DNA of 64,000 bases. It comes from Eledone cirrhosa (Eukaryota). Positions 59,123-64,000 of the stretch are shown here, piece by piece. The number at the start of each line of letters is the position of its first letter. Position 1 is the stretch's first letter. The stretch spans positions 346,208,001 through 346,272,000 of the forward strand of contig OZ024740.1 of assembly GCA_964016885.1 (NCBI GenBank). The letters run 5' to 3'. Under the pieces are notes generated by a model. That model was not told the origin of the DNA. It did no database searches and was given only the letters and a program-made list of their open reading frames with translations. The position numbers and the translations under genes were made by a program.

Positions 59123-60423
59123 CATATACACATATACACACACATATACATTAATAACAATAATAATATACATATACATATATATATACACATACACGCA
59201 CACACATAAACATATCTATACACACACACACACACGATATCAACTAACAGCGCTGCGATCCAATGTGGCTTTTTAGCCCAGCCAATGATCTAAAATGTCT
59301 TGCACAGAATCGGCAACCAAAACATTCACTAGAAGTAGTCGGCTGTGGTTGGAGTTCATGAACTTTTGCATGTTGCTTGAGCCCTCCTGCTGATTTACAT
59401 TCTCTACCACATGTTTGGCAAGCATGATAAGTAGCATCTCCAACAGCAGCATGGTAGTCAACCATTGGTCTTACTTTATGACTGCGAAGATGACTTTCGA
59501 GTCAAGCTTTGCTTAGGCCGAGTCTCGCACAGACGCTGCATGTCAGCACCATAGGAGGACCCTCGCCGTCTGGAAGTGCAACAGCAATGCCCTTCCTCAT
59601 ATCCCGCTTTACTTGCTCGTATGCGATTCGAGATGCCTCAAAGGCAACTTTTCCCTCATATACAGTCTTTCTCCATTTATTACGATCAGCAGCAATATTT
59701 TCCCATGTATAAGCAGAGATGTTAGCGTCTTTCAAAGAGGCTTTCAAGGAATCCTTATACCTCTTTTTTGGTTTATGTGGCGGTCGTTTTCCTTTAACCA
59801 ACTCTCCATAAAATAGTTGTTTTGGTATTCTAGAATCCTTCATCCTGGCAAGGTGACCACTCCAACGGAGTCGTTGCTTAAGAACAAGAGATTCTATACT
59901 GTCACACATAGAGCTTTCCAAAATCTCGACATCACTGATGTGGTCCCTCCAGTGAACGCCATGGATCCGTCTGAGACACATCTGATGGAAATGCTCCAAT
60001 TGCTTAAGGTGGTGTCGATATGTGACCCAGGTCTCGCAGGCTTAAATAAGACAAGAGAGCACACATGCCTTGTACACCTTTACATTTGTCCTCCTGCATA
60101 TGTCTCGCCGACCCCAGAGTCGCCTTTCTAGCTTTCCGAAAGCATCACTTGCTTTCCTAATCCTAAGTGAGATTTCACTGACAAGGTTGCTGTATCGATT
60201 GACAGTGCTTCCCAGGTAGACAAACTGATCAACCACTCCAAGTCGTTTAACATACACATAGATATTTGGTTCAGTGTACTGCTTACCAGGGGCAGGTTGG
60301 TACATGACGACGGTTTTCTTGAGACTGACAATCAATCCTAGGGCAGTGCAAGCGTCAGAAAATGCATTCAAAATGTGCTGCATATCACTCTCTGTGTGCG
60401 CTACAAGATCGCAATCATCTGCA
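58993..60423 (-). mobile_element. 5'-truncated RTE-clade LINE with three C-terminal C2H2 zinc fingers
   Basis: YADDC, FVYLGS, RLRWSGHLARM..RIPKQLFYGEL..GKR; CSVC..H..H, CQTC...HAKVH, CRFC...H; 3' UTR interrupted by microsatellite 59040-59238. Confidence 0.9.
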
Positions 60424-60459
60424 TACATACATACATACATACATACATACATACATACA

Positions 60460-60493
<34 letters not shown>

Positions 60494-60694
60494 CATACAT
60501 ACATACTCATTTACAAGCCTATTTTAAATAGTTTGCAACTAGTGATGAAAATAAACAAACATTATGAATTATCTCGGGGATTTGAAATTTTAAAATGTGA
60601 CAATCCCGAATACAGAAAAATAACTGTGAAAATTTCTGTTGTCTATAAATACTAGCTTAGAATTTCTGGTAAATTTCACCTAGAGACGGAAAAG

Positions 60695-60770
60695 GGGGTT
60701 AGTAGCACCATGGAGAATCGAACTCCGTATATCTCGGTTAATCTGCAAGCTCGTTAAATATTACACTAAT
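60695..60770 (-). other. tRNA-like degenerate sequence (pseudogene or SINE head)
   Basis: Minus strand tagtgtaat...ggagttcgattctcc...gtgcta with a T-arm-like hairpin. Confidence 0.35.
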
Positions 60771-60965
60771 ATCAGGTTCTATACTAAACAGTTTGCGGCT
60801 AGAGGCGTAATGTAACTTAGCTGGCTTACAAATCAAACTCATTTTAGAATTTTTAACGACTGATATAACTATTGTACACATAAACCTTCATTGAGCCCTG
60901 CCCTTGACTGTCATCATCCTTCTTCTTACCACAAACTCGTTGAAGAAAAAGACGAAGAAGAAGAA

Positions 60966-60996
<31 letters not shown>

Positions 60997-61029
60997 AAGA
61001 AGAAGAAGAAGAAGAAGAAGAAGAATTAT

Positions 61030-62340
61030 ATCACTCTCTATATCCGTAAACATTAATCTCTTTCAATCTCTATTTCCGAAACCATTAAACTCTCCCCTTC
61101 TCTATATCTAACGTACAATACACTATCCCAACATTCCTCTCTCTGTATATCTACTACCACTAAACTCTCCCCCTCTCTATACCTATCACACGGTTCTTTC
61201 TCACTCTCTATATTATAATCACTAAACTTTCCCCCTCTCTATATCAATCACATTGTAATCTCTTCTAATACGCCTCAATCTATTCATTACAACAAAACTC
61301 TCCTACTCTCTGTATCAACTATATGGCACTCTCTCATTCTCCCCCTCTCTACATCTAACACCAATAGTCTCTCACCCTCTCTATATCTGTTCGACATTAT
61401 CTCTCCCAGAACCCCTCTTCATATCCATTATCATTAAACTCTCAAAGGGCGGTGGATTGGCAGTATCGCTAGAGAGTCGGACACCATGCTTTGTAGCATA
61501 GAGTTACGGCTCTTTATGATCTGAGTTCAAATCCCGCCGAGATTAACTTTGCCTTTCATCCTTACGGGGTCGATAAAATAAAGTACCAGTCACGCACTGG
61601 TGTCGATTTAATTGACTTTCCCCTCCTCCCAAATTACTGGCCTTGTGCCTATATAAGAAACCATTATCATTAAACACTCAGCCTCAGTATATCTGTCCTA
61701 CACCTATCTCTCTCAACACCCTACTCTATAACTACTACTAGCATGATTTCCCCCTCTCTCTATCTATCAATAACTATCTCTTCAACACTCCTCATTATAT
61801 CCACTACCAGTACACTGCCGCCCTCTCTATATATACCACACGGCACTCTCATTAACCCCCTTTCTAAACCTAACACCAATAATCCCCCCTCTCTATATCA
61901 ATTACGACACTATCCCCCCAGAAACATTCTCTATACACCCTTATCACTAAATTCTCTCCCTCTCTCTCTATATATTACTCCTATCCCTGCCTTCACTACT
62001 CTCTATAGCTACTACCTGCAATCTCTCCCCTCTCTCTATCTACCACCCGGCACTCTCTCATGTTCTTCATTTCTATAACCGTAACCCCTAACCTCTGCCA
62101 ATCACAATAGCTATCATACACCTACCTCTCCCAACACCACTCTCTCTATCTATTTGTATCTCACGAGAAACCCCACTATATCTGTAACCATTAATCTCCC
62201 ACCTTCTTTTTATCTACCGTACAACACTCTCTTCCAATACACTTTTCTATATCTACTACCATCAAACTTCCTCCCTCTCTACATCTACTACACGCCAGTC
62301 TCTTCTAATCCACCTCACTCTATTAATTACCAACATTCAG
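61030..62340. repeat. Degenerate pyrimidine-rich minisatellite
   Basis: Recurring cactaaactctccc(c)tctctatatct units. Confidence 0.7.
61448..61665 (+). mobile_element. Full-length tRNA-derived SINE with ~20 bp target-site duplication
   Basis: A box tggcagtatcgct, B box gagttcaaatcc, core cctttcatccttacggggtcgataaaataaagtacc; ccattatcattaaac(t/a)ctca at 61425-61444 and 61661-61680. Confidence 0.9.
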
Positions 62341-62810
62341 TAGTTCGAATCAAACACTTTCTTGAAATCAGGCATACATAGATATATTCTTGCACAAAGC
62401 TTAGAAACGGCATATATCTGAAAGAGTTTCTACATCAAAGACTAAAACAGAAACCGTGCACTTGGAGACACCCAGTTGGGCATCTTTCTCAAATTGATGT
62501 TATCATTCAAAGAAAATACATATCAATATGTGCATGCAAATAAAAACACACATTTAATGACGAAAACAAAATTTTTTTTATTCCAGAGTTGGGCCCGATT
62601 GACACAGGTCGAACCTTAAGCTGATCAATCGCGTCACTCCACAATAAATGTAATCAAAATTGACACCTCGTCCTTTTTTTATTATTATATTCTGCTTAGT
62701 ACAACCCCAAAATAAATACTGGAGACTACGCATAGAGTGCTCAGGTTGATGAATCTACAGTAACTTGACTTTAAAATCCATAAACTATATATATATATAT
62801 ATATATATAT

Positions 62811-63230
62811 TTCGTTTCTGAATTTGTTTAGCAAGATTCTTTATCTGAAAACGTGTGTTGAAACCGATATTGTTATACTTTAGGAGGGTCATGTTGCCAA
62901 TAAAAAACACACGCACTAGTTGCTTTCACTTCCATTTATTATACATTTCCGGTTGGTTGGTTGTTCATATATTATCAAAGTTCTTTCGTCACACACTATG
63001 TGCCCTCTTCAGTGACTGGGGATTATTTTCTTTGTTTTGTGCCTCTCCTTTGTTCTACGCCATCTTGGTTTTGTGTGTGCTGTGTGCTTAGTTTGCGCAT
63101 GTGTTACATCCGGGTTTCTGTGTGTGTTTTTATTTGTTAATTTATTTGTTTATTTACATGTTATTGTTTTTTTTTTGTTCTATGTGTGTGTGCTTTCATG
63201 TTGTCCTTAATTGTAAGTTGCTATTCAAAA
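62811..63230 (-). mobile_element. PLE pseudo-LTR/3' UTR with hammerhead-like motif (62975-63015)
   Basis: Minus strand CTGAAGA-G-GGCACA-tagtg-TGTGAC-GAAA-GAACTTT; terminal module shared with 19600-19730 and 30010-30185. Confidence 0.6.
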
Positions 63231-63249
63231 TGGCGTTTACATATTTTTG

Positions 63250-63845
63250 CGTTAAACTTCTTTAGCCTCCACGAAAAACTCTTTCCACCACAACACCGCT
63301 ACCACAACATAATAAAAAAAATCACTATCAAGCTATCCTACAGCCCCACACCTAACTTCGCACAAGACATCGTTTCCTCAAACAACAAAAAACTCAACCC
63401 CTATGGAAGAAACAAACTAGAAATTAGTGGAGAGCCGACCAGGCGCTATAACTGCCCTGATAGATCACGAAGATAACAGATGCCGAGAACGTAGCGTGAG
63501 CTACCAGTGCAAGGTGAGGACGGACACCTCCAACAAAGCTTATATAGGATTAACCGCTTGTGACTTTAAGACCCGCCTCTACCAACACCGACATACGTTC
63601 TGAAACCCGGTCCGGCGACATGCCACCACACTTTCGGGCCATATCTGAGATCTCCAAGATAATAATATAACTTACCATCTTACTTGGGGCTTACTGTCCA
63701 GAGCTAACTCTTACACGGGAGGACGCCGTCCATGTAACTTATGCTCGGAGGAAACATTACAAATGCTGTTTACGAAGGATCAACTCCTAAACAAAACAGA
63801 TGAACAGATAACTGCATGCAAACACAGATTGCGGAAGACTTAGCT
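63250..63845 (+). mobile_element. Hydra-clade-like PLE GIY-YIG fragment
   Basis: FPPQHRYHNI..TIKLSYS, NVA.YQCKV...YIGLTACDFKTRLYQH, RRPCNLCSEE, ACKHR. Confidence 0.8.
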
Positions 63846-64000
63846 CGCCCTCAAACTCCCTACCGATCCGGGTGGGTAGACAAGGGCTGAAAGACCCCAC
63901 TTGCCGAATAAGATAGGGAAAACCCCAACTTATATAGGTAGGTATACCCCTTTTCTTTTCCTCTATGTTTTCTCCTTCCCTTTGTCTCCTCCTATCACTT

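Overview
AT-rich eukaryotic DNA saturated with microsatellites and transposable-element remnants. The SINE family and (TA)n/(CA)n density resemble octopod cephalopod genomes (my recollection, not a search result). I see no convincing host gene, rRNA or CRISPR array, and most listed ORFs are translations of microsatellites. Recognisable elements: a 5'-truncated L1/Tx1-type LINE, RTE-type LINE fragments (one with three C-terminal C2H2 fingers) and related short non-autonomous elements, a CRE-like fragment, an internally deleted Helitron plus two non-autonomous Helitron-like copies, about 12 tRNA-derived SINE copies, and many Penelope-like elements (PLEs) of at least three families. Main signals: (1) PLEs repeatedly arranged as head-to-head inverted pairs ending in (TA)n, including a ~5.7 kb near-perfect palindrome whose arms share a nonsense codon; (2) about a dozen minimal hammerhead-ribozyme-like motifs at PLE 3' ends; (3) a recurrent class of short hairpin elements carrying a positionally conserved GAGYRCTC palindrome next to microsatellites; (4) a tandemly duplicated palindromic unit with convergent tRNA-like heads. 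All coordinates and alignments were made by eye.
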